Shown here piece by piece: positions 1 through 12,408 of a DNA stretch of 38,972 nt. Made by a program: the position numbers and the translations under genes. This stretch comes from Octopus bimaculoides (taxonomy: Eukaryota). The DNA lies in contig NC_068982.1 in assembly GCF_001194135.2 (NCBI RefSeq), positions 21,082,152-21,121,123 on the forward strand, read 5' to 3'. The notes under the pieces were generated by a model. That model saw nothing but the letters and a program-made list of their open reading frames with translations, ran no database searches and was not told the origin of the DNA. Numbering within the stretch: the stretch's first letter is position 1; every line of letters starts with the position of its first letter.

Positions 1-22
1 ATATATATATATATATATATAT
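1..22. repeat. (AT)n microsatellite, truncated by the window start
   Basis: Read directly from the sequence. Confidence 0.95.
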
Positions 23-50
23 AATCTTTGACTGAAATCTCTGTAGTAAC

Positions 51-250
51 AGTACTGGATAGTAAAGTATATATGCCACCACAACGTGGCAGTCCTGACT
101 AGGACTATGTTACTACTTTCTAACCCCGGGAAAACATCTTTTCCAGCTCGTTTATAGACACATGATCTGTATCCTAGAATACTGTAAGCAAGGGGGCTTG
201 CTGCTCCCATCTAGCTGTTGAGAGTACCAGCAAACTTAAAGGCTTCTGCA
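51..250. repeat. Structured interspersed-repeat fragment related to the arms of the 14412-14815 element
   Basis: Colinear shared blocks with 14417-14545: agtaaag, gccac-N6-gtggcag, atgttactact, taacccc-R-gg, ccagct-N-gttt, agcaagggg. Four short hairpins are seen directly. The right boundary is approximate. Confidence 0.6.
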
Positions 251-880
251 TTATTTCTCTTCCTCGATGCTAGACATATTGTTCAAAACACTAAGCAGCA
301 CATAATTCGAAAACAAACTGTTTGCAACAATATACGTAACTCACAATAAATGTGTTCAGTGCCCTTTCTTTCGTTTGACAACTCTGTCGTATATACATGC
401 GTGCGTGTTTGAGTGTGTGCGAACGTGTATGTATGTGTGTGTGTGTGTGTGTGTATATGTGAGTACTCTTATGGAAGAGTTCGCATTTAAATAAAGTATA
501 TATATCGTATGCAATCAGATATTTGAACCGAAGATACATAAACTGTCATTGAGAGTTTGAAATCAGTAGAAATATCTTCATGAAACGATCAGCATATTTA
601 CATTATCTGGTTACATTATGAATGTGAAGAGTTTTCTTATTTGGTTTCTTTCATATTTCCAAGCTAAGCCCTTAAGATAATTACTCAAAACAATAAATCT
701 TGACAATAATCACTAGCGGGATATGGTTTTGTCTTTTGTTGTTTTTTTTTCTTTTTATATTTTGATCGAACATATTTATAGCGTAGCAGTTGTATAGGAA
801 TATTTTCTCATTAAATGATCTGAAACGAAATATTCATTTATACATCATTATATGTTTTTATTTTCCAATACACCTCTTAA

Positions 881-932
881 ATAACGTACGACTGTCGTTG
901 TTATTTAATAACGTTACTGTCGTTGTTATTTA
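881..932. repeat. Short tandem duplication (27 bp + 25 bp)
   Basis: ataacgtacgactgtcgttgttattta is followed by ataacgttactgtcgttgttattta. Confidence 0.85.
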
Positions 933-1489
933 GTCCCGACTTTAAAGTTCCCAAGAGAGAACCGTTTATTCCATTACTAGTCTATCTGTTTGTTCATAGT
1001 TTATGTTAGACTGCATTAAAAATTATAAAGTGTCCTTGAGTTTCGGCGAGAGAAAATTGGCTGTTGTTTCTAGCATTTCGAATGTGCATACATAGTCTTG
1101 CCAGGCACGAATCTTGATATTGTATTTATTCTCATTATGATTGGAATAATCTTCCCGCTTACATCTTTGGAATCACTTAATACACACAACGTTGGGAATA
1201 ATTCAAGTGTAAATATATTTAGCCCAGAATGTGTAATATATGCGGCTTGGGGGAAATCGCCAGAAGTCTTGTGACATGTAGTCAATGATACCTTGCGGTA
1301 TCTTCGAAAGGTTTTGCGGCATAATAGATATATCGGTAAGGTCTTTTTACTTCTTAATATACTGTAATAAAAAAAATTCATTCGATGCCTTGAGAATGCA
1401 AGTATTTTCGCAGTATTTCGGATGTGTGCGTGCGTGTGTGTGTGTGTGCGTATGTGTGTATGTGTGTGTGCGTTTTGCAAACAACTTGC

Positions 1490-1980
1490 TTATGCAAGTG
1501 CTATCAGTCGAAAGTTCGGAATACCGGACGCCAGCAAATGTATGGGGTCATCAGGAGAGAATACGCGCCGTTTTGCAGCCTACTTCTCGATGGCATCATT
1601 GCGCACCGGCTCCCCTCGCTGATATGAGGCCTCGCTTGATAGATGAACTGGTTATAAAATAGAGCTCAATATTCTTGTAGCCATCGCTCATCTTCTCTTT
1701 TTTAACCAAATCAAGGGCTAGCTTTTCTCATTGTAGTTTGGATATCAGTCATGGTGTTATTTACTTTACAATGAATTAAGCTTAACAATAACAAAAATCG
1801 CCTCACACTGTGTCCAACAAATCCTCTACGTCCGACTGCGATTGGAAAATGCTCCATTTTGCAGCCTGCGTCTTCACATCCTCGAGAAAGTTTATATAAC
1901 GGTCAATCTTTCCAGCCCAAACGGCGACCATGTTATCTTCATGTGGAACTGTTAACTCGAATCACTACTTTCTTTATTTC
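1490..1980 (-). mobile_element. 3' fragment of a HERO-like non-LTR retrotransposon (restriction-like endonuclease C-terminus plus 3' UTR), frameshifted
   Basis: Minus-strand translation with frameshifts gives KKVVI / ELTVPHEDNM (1941-1958 for ELTVPH) / CEDAGCKMEHFPIAVGRRGFVGHSVRRFL / MRKAS / RWL. This matches my recollection of the HERO-clade tail ELTVPWEE...C...GW...FPVEVGCRGF. The clade call is from memory. Confidence 0.7.
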
Positions 1981-2599
1981 ACACCACATTAAAATATATA
2001 TATTTGAAATATAAGATGCTCACAGGCTAATCACGATACAGGCGGTACTTCTGGTGCTGTTTTTTTCTATATATCACTGACAGGGAGATGAGCTGTTGCC
2101 ACCTCTAGTTGACTATGTCCGTAGATCACTGGCGAGCTTTTCTCCTCTTTGAGCTCTCGCTAGTGTTCAACTGTCTACTCATGTATACTACGTGCCATAG
2201 TATATACGAGTGGTAGGCGAAGACCAACATGCTCAATTAGAACATAGAAGCTCGATTGATAACACAGAGCTTAAGGTATTATCAACGCATGAAACAGACA
2301 CAGCACTTAGATTATGGAGGTCAATCACACAGTAATGGACAGACCGAACCTCAACAGAAAATCCAAATGGAATAATAGCACCCACCACCACCACACCACG
2401 CAACACAACGACTAAGTACAAAAGGAATGAAAGACACATATACAAACAATATAATACATAATTCCATGTATGCACACACAAAAGACTCACATGCACATAC
2501 CTATGATGAAATATAACAAAGGGTGATCAATAAGTAAATGAATGAAAAACACAGCAAACAACTGTATAAAGAGCACTCATGCAAGCAGTACAAGAAGCA

Positions 2600-2637
2600 A
2601 ACCCATATGCACACGCACAAGCACACACACAAGCACA

Positions 2638-2680
<43 letters not shown>
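2600..2680. repeat. (CA)n microsatellite, imperfect at the left
   Basis: Read directly; it produces the HTHTHT and CVCVCV pseudo-ORFs. Confidence 0.95.
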
Positions 2681-2683
<3 letters not shown>

Positions 2684-2944
2684 TACAGATAAAAGCGCAT
2701 GCTCAGATAAGTATACACATCACAGGGAAACAAAAGGACTAAACAATATAAGAGGAAGAACGTGGATGGAAGAATCGCCGAAGAGGTCATACATTTGTGG
2801 GGAGAGATTTCCCGAAAATAGATATAAGATTTAAAATAATAATAATAATAAACGAGTCCCTCATAATGACATCGGATTCTAAGTTCAAATCATTTGAGCG
2901 CTGCAAGGTGTTTTCTATACCGAGAGTCTCTAGATCTCATCTGA

Positions 2945-2946
2945 TA

Positions 2947-2992
<46 letters not shown>
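2945..2992. repeat. (TG)/(TA)n microsatellite
   Basis: Read directly. Confidence 0.9.
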
Positions 2993-2993
<1 letters not shown>

Positions 2994-5310
2994 GCTATAC
3001 AAAAAAAAATATTCCAATTATTCGATGGACAGTGTAAGGGCGCAGCTTTACTGCTGGTGCAAAGAAGTCCCAGTTTAATGTGAAAAACTGCGAATTCTCA
3101 TGGAAAATTTGATAACTTCTTTCTCATTTTTTTAATTATTATTTGGAGTATATTTTACTCTTTACATAATGGTTTTTCATCTGAAGACTTTCAATCGTAC
3201 TCAAGGTTACAATCCAATAGAATAGGGAGCCTAAACTGCGGGTTGTGTGCTGCATTGGAAATACCCCATCTTTACATCCACATAGGACCTTGTAGATACG
3301 CACATACATGCATACCGTTATACATATGTATGTATGAGTGTGTGGGCATGCGGGTGTACAAATGCACACACAATAACATGTACAAAGAAAACATATTTCC
3401 AAAATTTCGTATGCGATTCGGATGTGTGACCCATTTCGAATTGTGTGTCCACTATACTTGAAATATAGATAAGAAAGACTGCTAAAACGGATATGTCAAA
3501 CCTTAGTTTTTAATTACAATTTTATCAATGTTTAACGTTCTGTTATAATTTTAATCTTACAAAATTGCTATTACAATACGTAAGTCTAAACTTCTCCCTC
3601 CACTAAAGAAACCTAACATAACATACCTTATAACAAAAGGAAATTGATTGCAATGAACGAATGTAATATTGATGTTTAAATGTAATTTAGAAATTAAAAT
3701 ACAATAAAAAACAAAGTTATTCTTAGAATTGAAAAAAAATATAGATTACGTAAGTGTTCCAAACAAAATGTAAAATCCATTATCACAATATGAATGGATT
3801 CTAATCAATTACGTATACACACATAAACACACACACACACGCACACTCACACACGCGCATACACAAACACACTCATACATTTTCATACAAAGACACACTC
3901 GCATACATACACAAACATACTCTCCTAAATTCATATAAATACACACACATGCATACACCCAAAAGCACGTAGACATACTGATGCAGGTCTACGAATATAT
4001 GAGTGTATGTGAATATATTCATACATACGTGTGTGTGCGTATGCGTGTGTGCGTGCGTGAGCTTTTTGAATGAATCAGTGTATGTAAGTGTGTGTTTGTG
4101 CGTGTATGGTTTTCTTTTTATGTCTCCGGCTATATGTATTAATTCGCATTTCGAATCACACATATTATTAGTTTGAATACATACCAATAACACTGCAGAT
4201 AGATTACGTGCATATCATGGCTTACATAACGGCTTTGGCGACACATAGCTAATTACATTAGGGATATATAAATACCACTGCAGAAATATCAAAATATGTG
4301 TATCTCAAAAACTAGAAGAGAAATGGAAGTGTGTGTGTATAAAATGATAAAGAAAGAATAGGATCTAGGTAATCGAATGGAAGAATTTATATCACACTGC
4401 AAAAATGATTAGTGTATTTCGTACATCAAAACCGACTTTATTACTTAAGTGAGTACAATACAGGGAAAGATCAAAACATTCTTCCATCTGTAGATTAATA
4501 TCAAGGTTTTGACGTTGATATTCCATTGAATAAATACTTAGTACTTTAATGCAGTACAGTACGGTAATGCTGATTTTTCCCTCATCGGCTTGCATCTTTT
4601 ATCATCGGCCAATCAAACTCAAAATTCATGAGACAAGATTGGAAAATAAATTATTGATGTATAGGATGTTATTGTCAAGTAGACGACCAATGAAATGTGT
4701 TTATTGCATCCAAGATGCGATGGTTGTGGTACTTCGCGAAATTAAAGATCTTGTGAAGGATTCAATTCTCAATCTCTCGAGAATATAATTCATTTAGTTA
4801 ACGCTGATCAATTGGTTAGAATTTCGTTTACCATTACTCAATTCGATTAAATTTGACAGGGTCGACGTAACCTAATGATTTGAATCTGTGCCAATAACAA
4901 CTACTTCAAATGCGCACATATGCCATGATTCTTCTTACAGGGCAAATGTATTCCGCTTTCTAGCTACTGTGTTGTTGACATTCATTATGAACCTAGTATA
5001 AGTGCTTGGAATAACTGGTCGCAATACGCTACGTAATTATATAACGAAACAATGCGATGTAATTGTTAACGCTTCTCGGTAACTTAAAATACTTGATGAG
5101 GCATTCAATTCAAATAATCGAATTAGTAATTTGATGTTGAATGCAATGCATTCTCTTTCAGTAATGACTTATACGAAATAAAGATTATTATTTTATATAG
5201 AGTCTCAAGATTTCTATGGGATTAGAGATTTCTACAATTTCATAGAGGTTTGTATAAAAAGAGAAATTTATCCAAACGGTTTCTATGCATATATAAAAAA
5301 TCAAAGGTAT

Positions 5311-5329
5311 TTATCTATCTATCTATCTT

Positions 5330-5424
<95 letters not shown>

Positions 5425-5471
5425 CGACCTGTCTGTCTATCTGCCTGTCTCTCGATATACATACATACATA
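5311..5471. repeat. Compound microsatellite (ATCT)n-(CT)n-(AT)n running into a gap
   Basis: Read directly. Confidence 0.95.
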
Positions 5472-5717
5472 NNNNNNNNNNNNNNNNNNNNNNNNNNNNN
5501 NNNNNNNNNNNNNNNNNNNNNNNNNNNNNNNNNNNNNNNNNNNNNNNNNNNNNNNNNNNNNNNNNNNNNNNNNNNNNNNNNNNNNNNNNNNNNNNNNNNN
5601 NNNNNNNNNNNNNNNNNNNNNNNNNNNNNNNNNNNNNNNNNNNNNNNNNNNNNNNNNNNNNNNNNNNNNNNNNNNNNNNNNNNNNNNNNNNNNNNNNNNN
5701 NNNNNNNNNNNNNNNNN
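5472..5717. other. Assembly gap (246 N)
   Basis: Run of N. Confidence 1.
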
Positions 5718-6454
5718 TATATATATACACACACACACATGCATAGTGCATTCAATGGAAAGTGGTAATTAGAACGCTATTGTGCGTGTGACTGAAAAAA
5801 CGCATACTGGAAAATAGATACATATCGATCTTTTGCAAAAGTGATTTAGTATTAGATAATTCACTTCATAACACCTAGAAAAATGACTAAGACATTGGAT
5901 GGAGTATATATAGATGCACTACTACTGGAAAATAAATAGCATTTTGGATATGCTGGAAGGCATTTGATCATGGTTAAACACATTTTGACCTGGCGTTACA
6001 GTAATATTATCACTATAAACTTAGTAGAACTCTACACAATGAGTAGAATTGTTCATGAAACAAATACATATATACAAACGCACTCGTATATGCATACATA
6101 TGCTCATACACATGTATTACGTGGCACGAAGCAACACTGAATAAAATATAATTAACACCAATGTATTTTATTCAACGCTGCTTCGAGAATTCTTGTTTAT
6201 TTCATTTAGGTTACACTAAGCTCACGTACGCCATCAAACGTTCTGTGTTCTGCTGCTATAAATTAATTTCGTTCTTATCAGGCTGTGAAGGGCAGATTTG
6301 TTATTCGTTGTTGAGCAACCAACTGGAAGTTCAAAGTAGGCTTCCTACGATCCAGTGACACAATTCACAGAAATCTACGAGGAGAATATTCTTCCGATAC
6401 TTATGTACTGCGGGAAAACTTCTCACGTCCGGATGTCTAAAATGTGACTCACAC

Positions 6455-6503
<49 letters not shown>

Positions 6504-6574
6504 CCCGTGAGGTGTGCGTTTGATTGTGCGTATATGCGTGTGCGAGTGTATGTATATATCTATATGCATATATG

Positions 6575-6613
<39 letters not shown>

Positions 6614-6620
6614 ATATATA
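6455..6620. repeat. Compound (GT)n / (CT)n / (TA)n microsatellite
   Basis: Read directly. Confidence 0.9.
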
Positions 6621-7543
6621 NNNNNNNNNNNNNNNNNNNNNNNNNNNNNNNNNNNNNNNNNNNNNNNNNNNNNNNNNNNNNNNNNNNNNNNNNNNNNNNN
6701 NNNNNNNNNNNNNNNNNNNNNNNNNNNNNNNNNNNNNNNNNNNNNNNNNNNNNNNNNNNNNNNNNNNNNNNNNNNNNNNNNNNNNNNNNNNNNNNNNNNN
6801 NNNNNNNNNNNNNNNNNNNNNNNNNNNNNNNNNNNNNNNNNNNNNNNNNNNNNNNNNNNNNNNNNNNNNNNNNNNNNNNNNNNNNNNNNNNNNNNNNNNN
6901 NNNNNNNNNNNNNNNNNNNNNNNNNNNNNNNNNNNNNNNNNNNNNNNNNNNNNNNNNNNNNNNNNNNNNNNNNNNNNNNNNNNNNNNNNNNNNNNNNNNN
7001 NNNNNNNNNNNNNNNNNNNNNNNNNNNNNNNNNNNNNNNNNNNNNNNNNNNNNNNNNNNNNNNNNNNNNNNNNNNNNNNNNNNNNNNNNNNNNNNNNNNN
7101 NNNNNNNNNNNNNNNNNNNNNNNNNNNNNNNNNNNNNNNNNNNNNNNNNNNNNNNNNNNNNNNNNNNNNNNNNNNNNNNNNNNNNNNNNNNNNNNNNNNN
7201 NNNNNNNNNNNNNNNNNNNNNNNNNNNNNNNNNNNNNNNNNNNNNNNNNNNNNNNNNNNNNNNNNNNNNNNNNNNNNNNNNNNNNNNNNNNNNNNNNNNN
7301 NNNNNNNNNNNNNNNNNNNNNNNNNNNNNNNNNNNNNNNNNNNNNNNNNNNNNNNNNNNNNNNNNNNNNNNNNNNNNNNNNNNNNNNNNNNNNNNNNNNN
7401 NNNNNNNNNNNNNNNNNNNNNNNNNNNNNNNNNNNNNNNNNNNNNNNNNNNNNNNNNNNNNNNNNNNNNNNNNNNNNNNNNNNNNNNNNNNNNNNNNNNN
7501 NNNNNNNNNNNNNNNNNNNNNNNNNNNNNNNNNNNNNNNNNNN
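6621..7543. other. Assembly gap (923 N)
   Basis: Run of N, flanked by (TA)n on both sides. Confidence 1.
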
Positions 7544-7550
7544 TATATAT

Positions 7551-7705
7551 ACGACGGGCTTTTTTCAGTTCCCGTCTACCAAATCCACTCACAAGGCTTT
7601 GGTCGGCCCGATGCTATAGTAAAAGACACTTCCCAGGGTGGCCACGCAGTGGGGCTGAACCGAAAACCATGTGGTTGATAGGCAAGCTACTTACCACACA
7701 GCCAC
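7551..7705 (-). mobile_element. tRNA-derived SINE, family A: head and core region
   Basis: Minus strand shows an A-box-like GTGGCTGTGTGG (7694-7705) and a B-box-like GGTTCAGCCCC (7651-7661). It aligns closely with 12441-12560 and more distantly with 35190-35346. Confidence 0.9.
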
Positions 7706-7715
7706 TATATGTATG

Positions 7716-7754
<39 letters not shown>

Positions 7755-8911
7755 CATTAACGATTTAATTACTGAAATATGTGTTCTTGACATAAAAATA
7801 TGAAAATTGTTGACGAAGCATAACATGCACAATCCTAAGGCAGATATACAACAACTTAAGCTGCGAAGAAGAGACGGTGGCCGTGGACATTTACAACCGG
7901 AAATAACAATGAAGATAGCGACAATCGGCCTAAACACTACTTGAAAATCTCTGATGTCTGCATGTTAAAACTTCTATTAACTAATGAAAACAAGAAAGCG
8001 TCATACTCAGTAACAAAACAGGCAAAGGAATATCTAAGTGAATTCCAAATGCAGCAAATCTCAGAAATAGACGTACTGGAAACAAGCACAGAAAATGCTA
8101 AACATATGAAAACCCGTGCTAAATCTGCTGCCTTAAATATTCTTACAGATAAATGGCAACAAAAGCCTCTCAAAGGCAAATACTCAAAGAGAGCTAAAAA
8201 TGCCGATGTTGACAGAACACTTATCCATCAATGTCTAGTATCTTCTGACTTAAAATGAGAAACAAAAGAGTTTATCATAGCTGACCAAGATTAATAACTA
8301 CCTTCACGGAACTACCAGGCCAACATATTTAAGAATGGCAGTGGCCCAACGCATGTATGTAAATAAAATGAAACTATTCATCAGGTTGTCTCTATGTGCA
8401 ATCTTCTTGCGCCTAAAGAATATCTCAACAAGCATGATAGACTAGCACAATATAATCACCGGGTAATTTACGAAAACCTGAACTTGCTCCATGATAAAAA
8501 CTGGATGGTACACAACCCACCTCGATTTCTTGAAAATGATCACATCTCACTCCTCTGGAACTTCGCAATTCAAACTGACAGAAAGATAGATGGAAATAGG
8601 CTAGACATTATATTGAAAGGCTTCAGGCAAAATCATGCCTCAGCATTGATATAACTGACCCAATCGACATAAATATATATGTCAAGATCTAATAAAAACT
8701 GAGCAAATACAAAGATCTTGCAATAGAAATTATCAAAATGCAGAACCTCATGACTAAAACAATACATGTTGTTATAGATGCCCTATGAATGATAGCAAAA
8801 GGGCTGATTTCTACCTTGGTCAGATACCAACAAACCCCCAAAACGGCAGAAATTCAAAAGGCAGCACGCATGGGAACTGCCCATATCCTAGGTAAAATTC
8901 TGTTTATGTAA
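7755..8911 (+). mobile_element. 5'-truncated, decayed R4/Dong-clade LINE: post-RT region, CCHC knuckle and RLE endonuclease
   Basis: Peptides across frameshifts: KLLTKHNMHNPKADI..RRRDGGRG, KWQQKPLKGKY, CNLLAPKEYLNKHDRLAQYNH, LLWNFAIQTDRKIDGNRLDI, SKYKDLAIEI, MGTAHILGKILFM* (stop 8909-8911). Multiple stops and frameshifts. The 3' UTR extent is unresolved. Confidence 0.92.
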
Positions 8912-9899
8912 CCTAGAATGTTAAAAACAAACTCATAATTGTCTTATGTTTTCTTAAACATTCTTTAGAACTTTCTAAAACAATGTAGAAACATTCTCTA
9001 AGAGTAAAACAAAATATATAAGGCCCCATGCACAACACCAACGCAACCACCACCACATAAGCAGCAACAACAACAGCAAAATTGAAACAAGCAGATTGCA
9101 CAAGTAAAAGAAAACACCGAAATACCCATAGAAACACAGCAGACAACAAAGTAATAATGGAACAACAAAATAGCAACAAGTTTAATACGACAAGAAATGC
9201 AACAGCAACAACAACTTAATGAAACGGATAGCTTTAACAGACACTCACACGAACCCTGTAATCTTAAAGAAAATCTGTGTGGTTCCAAAAGTATCTACTC
9301 TTATTTTTCGAAGTAGTCAAGTACTACAAGTAAAAGAGAAATAAAAGATTCTTCAATATGTAAGGCTTCAAAGAATTCCTGTAAACAAAGTTCACCAGAA
9401 TACTTGCATGTATACATACAACTCAATCTATAAAGATTTCACAGTAAAGTAAAGTTTCTCTAGAGGAAAGATAACAACATCTTTTAATGAGGCCTTTCTA
9501 ACCAGAAATCTTGGACGGTATGACGAGTGTTTTTACCAACTGAAATGTACGCATTTTGTATTTCGGTAATAGTCAATTAACTATGTTGCAGGGTCACTTT
9601 TAAAGTCATGGATTTGGACATTTGAACAATCATCTTTAATCGAAATGATGATTCAGTGAAGTGCCTCTCAATATTTCGAGCAAAGTTGCCTGGACATCTC
9701 GCTGCGTAGAGTAACATATTGAAGGATATCTAGCCTTTTTTAAAAATTCCGCTATATTTAATGTTATTTAAATGATGATGTAAAATCATCGCAAATATGC
9801 CGACTTATATTAAACACACTTTTGTGTAAATTGCATACGTTTACTTGTTTCTCACATTCCATATAGTTAAGCATTTCTTTTGAATAATGATAGAATTAC

Positions 9900-10600
9900 C
9901 TGCACAAAATTCAAACTGGTCTGTTACAGATTTGGGAAATCTACAGACGACAACCCATTCACAGAAAAGCGGATGCTAAAAGCAGAATGCAACATTTTCG
10001 GCAGGTAATCATTTCAATGATGGGATAGCCAAAGCATTTACTGAGAATTGAAAGGAGCTCTCCTCAAACACTGCTGGTAGGATGCTCTGGAATCTGCGAT
10101 AAGAACATAATCGATATGCTTCAATAGAATGGTCATAAAGGAAAAGACTGATAAGAGTTGAGTCACTGAGCAAATTCGAAGAGGTAAACAGGAATGTCAT
10201 CGTGACCGAATCACAGACGGTTACAGTGACCCAACACGAAACAAGAAGAATTCATTTGCAGAGCTAAGACACATTCTCTATGACATGAAAGACCGTAAAC
10301 GGCTGCTGGGTACGCATGCCTGAAATGGAGAATTCGATCAAACTCATTGTTTGATCAAAAGAGAAGGCAGGCACAGCTTAATATTACGGTTTGTAACGCT
10401 GCTTTGTTTGTTTTCGTGGCTAACGACAGATCTGCAAATGTAGTACCTGCATGGGTGATTTTGTGGCAGTTCTCGGCAGGAGACGAATGAAATGAGGAAA
10501 GTGAAGAACAGCTCAGTTGATACAGTTGCGGATAACACGTAGTAAAAGAAGCAAGGTATCAAGTTTAATCGAGCTGCTTTGTATGCGTTAAACATAGACT
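9900..10600 (+). mobile_element. Highly degenerate RTE/RTEX-like RT remnant
   Basis: Ordered peptide remnants DGIAKAFTEN*KEL (like ADDI..AE.EKEL), NRMVIKEK (like KTKxMV) and RNKKNSFAELRHILYDMKDRKRLL (like AKxAFxxLxxIL...RKRLL). Many stops; similarity judged by eye. Confidence 0.4.
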
Positions 10601-10741
10601 CAGACGGATCGGTATGTTGATTGATAAACTGATGGGCGTACTAAGAATAGGAAGCACATTCAACGAGTTTCACAGAGAATATTTCATTTATGAAAATTTC
10701 TTTACACAGTTCACGTGTTCTGTTCGCTGAAGGCTGACAGT

Positions 10742-10816
10742 GAGAGAGAGACAGATAGACAGATAGAAACAGAGACAGGCAGAGAGACAGCCAGCCAAAG
10801 AGACAGAGAGCACAGG

Positions 10817-10872
<56 letters not shown>

Positions 10873-10912
10873 CACAGGATACAGAGAAAGAGAGAAAGAA
10901 AGAGAGAGAGTG
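10742..10912. repeat. (GA)n-rich purine tract
   Basis: Read directly; it produces the REREREK pseudo-ORF. Confidence 0.95.
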
Positions 10913-11436
10913 TGCTTAAAAAGAGATCACTTCTAAGCTTGTTTCTTTTTCTCCAGAGAGGAACTCTCCTGAGAGTACATAGGGCATACTTCCCTACTGA
11001 GCATGGTAAAATTGGATACTAAATAAATCTAATTCTGTTACACTTCGGATGAATGAAGATGGGTCTGGGTGCCGACAACTGGCTGCTATTATATATATTT
11101 GTTACTATATAGATTTGTTACAAAGAAACGACGAAATTAGCAGATGAGAAATGACAGTAAACTGGAGATAACTCTAGCACGGTCTGAAGGTAAACCTCAC
11201 ACGTACACCTGCAAATTTATAGTTCGTTTATTCGGTGAAATATTGGTCAATATGGACTTACAATTAACCCTTATGAATAGCGAGATGATCCTTCGATAAG
11301 AGGTCACGCTATATTAATAGGAAACATTGCTATTCACACGCATATGTCTGCACAAACACACGCACATACACACTCAATGTATGCATGTATATATATATAT
11401 GTATATATATATATATTTATATATATATATATATAT

Positions 11437-11633
11437 NNNNNNNNNNNNNNNNNNNNNNNNNNNNNNNNNNNNNNNNNNNNNNNNNNNNNNNNNNNNNNNN
11501 NNNNNNNNNNNNNNNNNNNNNNNNNNNNNNNNNNNNNNNNNNNNNNNNNNNNNNNNNNNNNNNNNNNNNNNNNNNNNNNNNNNNNNNNNNNNNNNNNNNN
11601 NNNNNNNNNNNNNNNNNNNNNNNNNNNNNNNNN
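11437..11633. other. Assembly gap (197 N)
   Basis: Run of N. Confidence 1.
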
Positions 11634-11784
11634 GTGGGGGAGAGGGGGTAGATAGAGGACGAGAGAGAGAGAGGGGGAAATAGATGAATACATAAATATA
11701 TGTATGTGCATATGAGTGTGTGTATATATGAGAGCGTACAGTTTTATGGATTTTATCTAAACCCGCCCAAAACTAACATTTCGG

Positions 11785-12092
11785 ACTTCATCGCTTACAA
11801 ATTCGCGGCTTCCAGTCGATCGGATCAAAGGAACAGCCTGTTCATGAAATTAAAGCTCAAGCGGGTTAACACTCTACAAATAGGCGTACACTTAATTTAG
11901 TTCTCAGGCTGGTTCACACCAAAAGTAACAAAGATGCCCCTTTCACATACAGGTACCACACATTTTTACCAGCTGAGTGGACTGGAGCAACACAAAATAA
12001 ACTGACTTGTGCAAGAACACTGCACGCTACCGGAATCAAACTCACGCCCGTAGGATCGTTTACCTTATACCGTACCCTATAAGCCACGACAC
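11785..12092 (-). mobile_element. tRNA-derived SINE, family B: old, near full length
   Basis: Minus strand shows head gtggctta..., B-box-like GAGTTTGATTCC (12032-12043), a central block tgctccagtccactcagctggtaaaaatg and a 3' block caggctgttcc.ttgatccgatc. It matches a common octopus SINE as I recall it; only one copy is in the window. Confidence 0.7.
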
Positions 12093-12150
12093 GCCCAACA
12101 CCACATAAGCATAAATTATTGATGATTGAAGCATCTACAGCACACGAATG

Positions 12151-12368
12151 TTCTTATTCTTATATTCTTTTACTTGTTTGAATCATTTGACTACGGTCAT
12201 GCTGGAGCACCGCATTTAGTCGAGCAAATCGACCCCAGTACTTATTCCTTGTAAGCCTAGTACTTATTCTATCGGGTTCTATTGCCGAATCGCTAAGTTA
12301 CGGGGACGGAACCAAACCACCATCAGTTGTCAAGCGACATGGGGGGGGGGTGAAACACAGACACACAA

Positions 12369-12408
<40 letters not shown>

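Noticed and set aside
1070-1400. 92-codon non-repetitive minus frame and apparent splice sites on both strands
   Set aside because: No recognisable family. The plus-strand candidate exon (1074-1335) is closed in all frames, and the acceptor lies in a ttggctgttgtttctagc block that resembles a common repeat.
2775-2820. ccgaagagg...cccgaaa hammerhead look-alike
   Set aside because: The core is CCGA rather than CUGA, stem II is only 2 bp, and there is no stem I, stem III or NUH.
4390-5180. Non-repetitive 800-bp stretch with short ORFs
   Set aside because: The frames I translated had frequent stops and no motif I recognise.
5880-6050. MTKTLDGVYI, a possible RTEX remnant
   Set aside because: The similarity is limited to a few residues.
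9939-10013. 75-nt AG...GT exon-like segment
   Set aside because: It lies within the degenerate RTE-like RT remnant, which explains it more simply.
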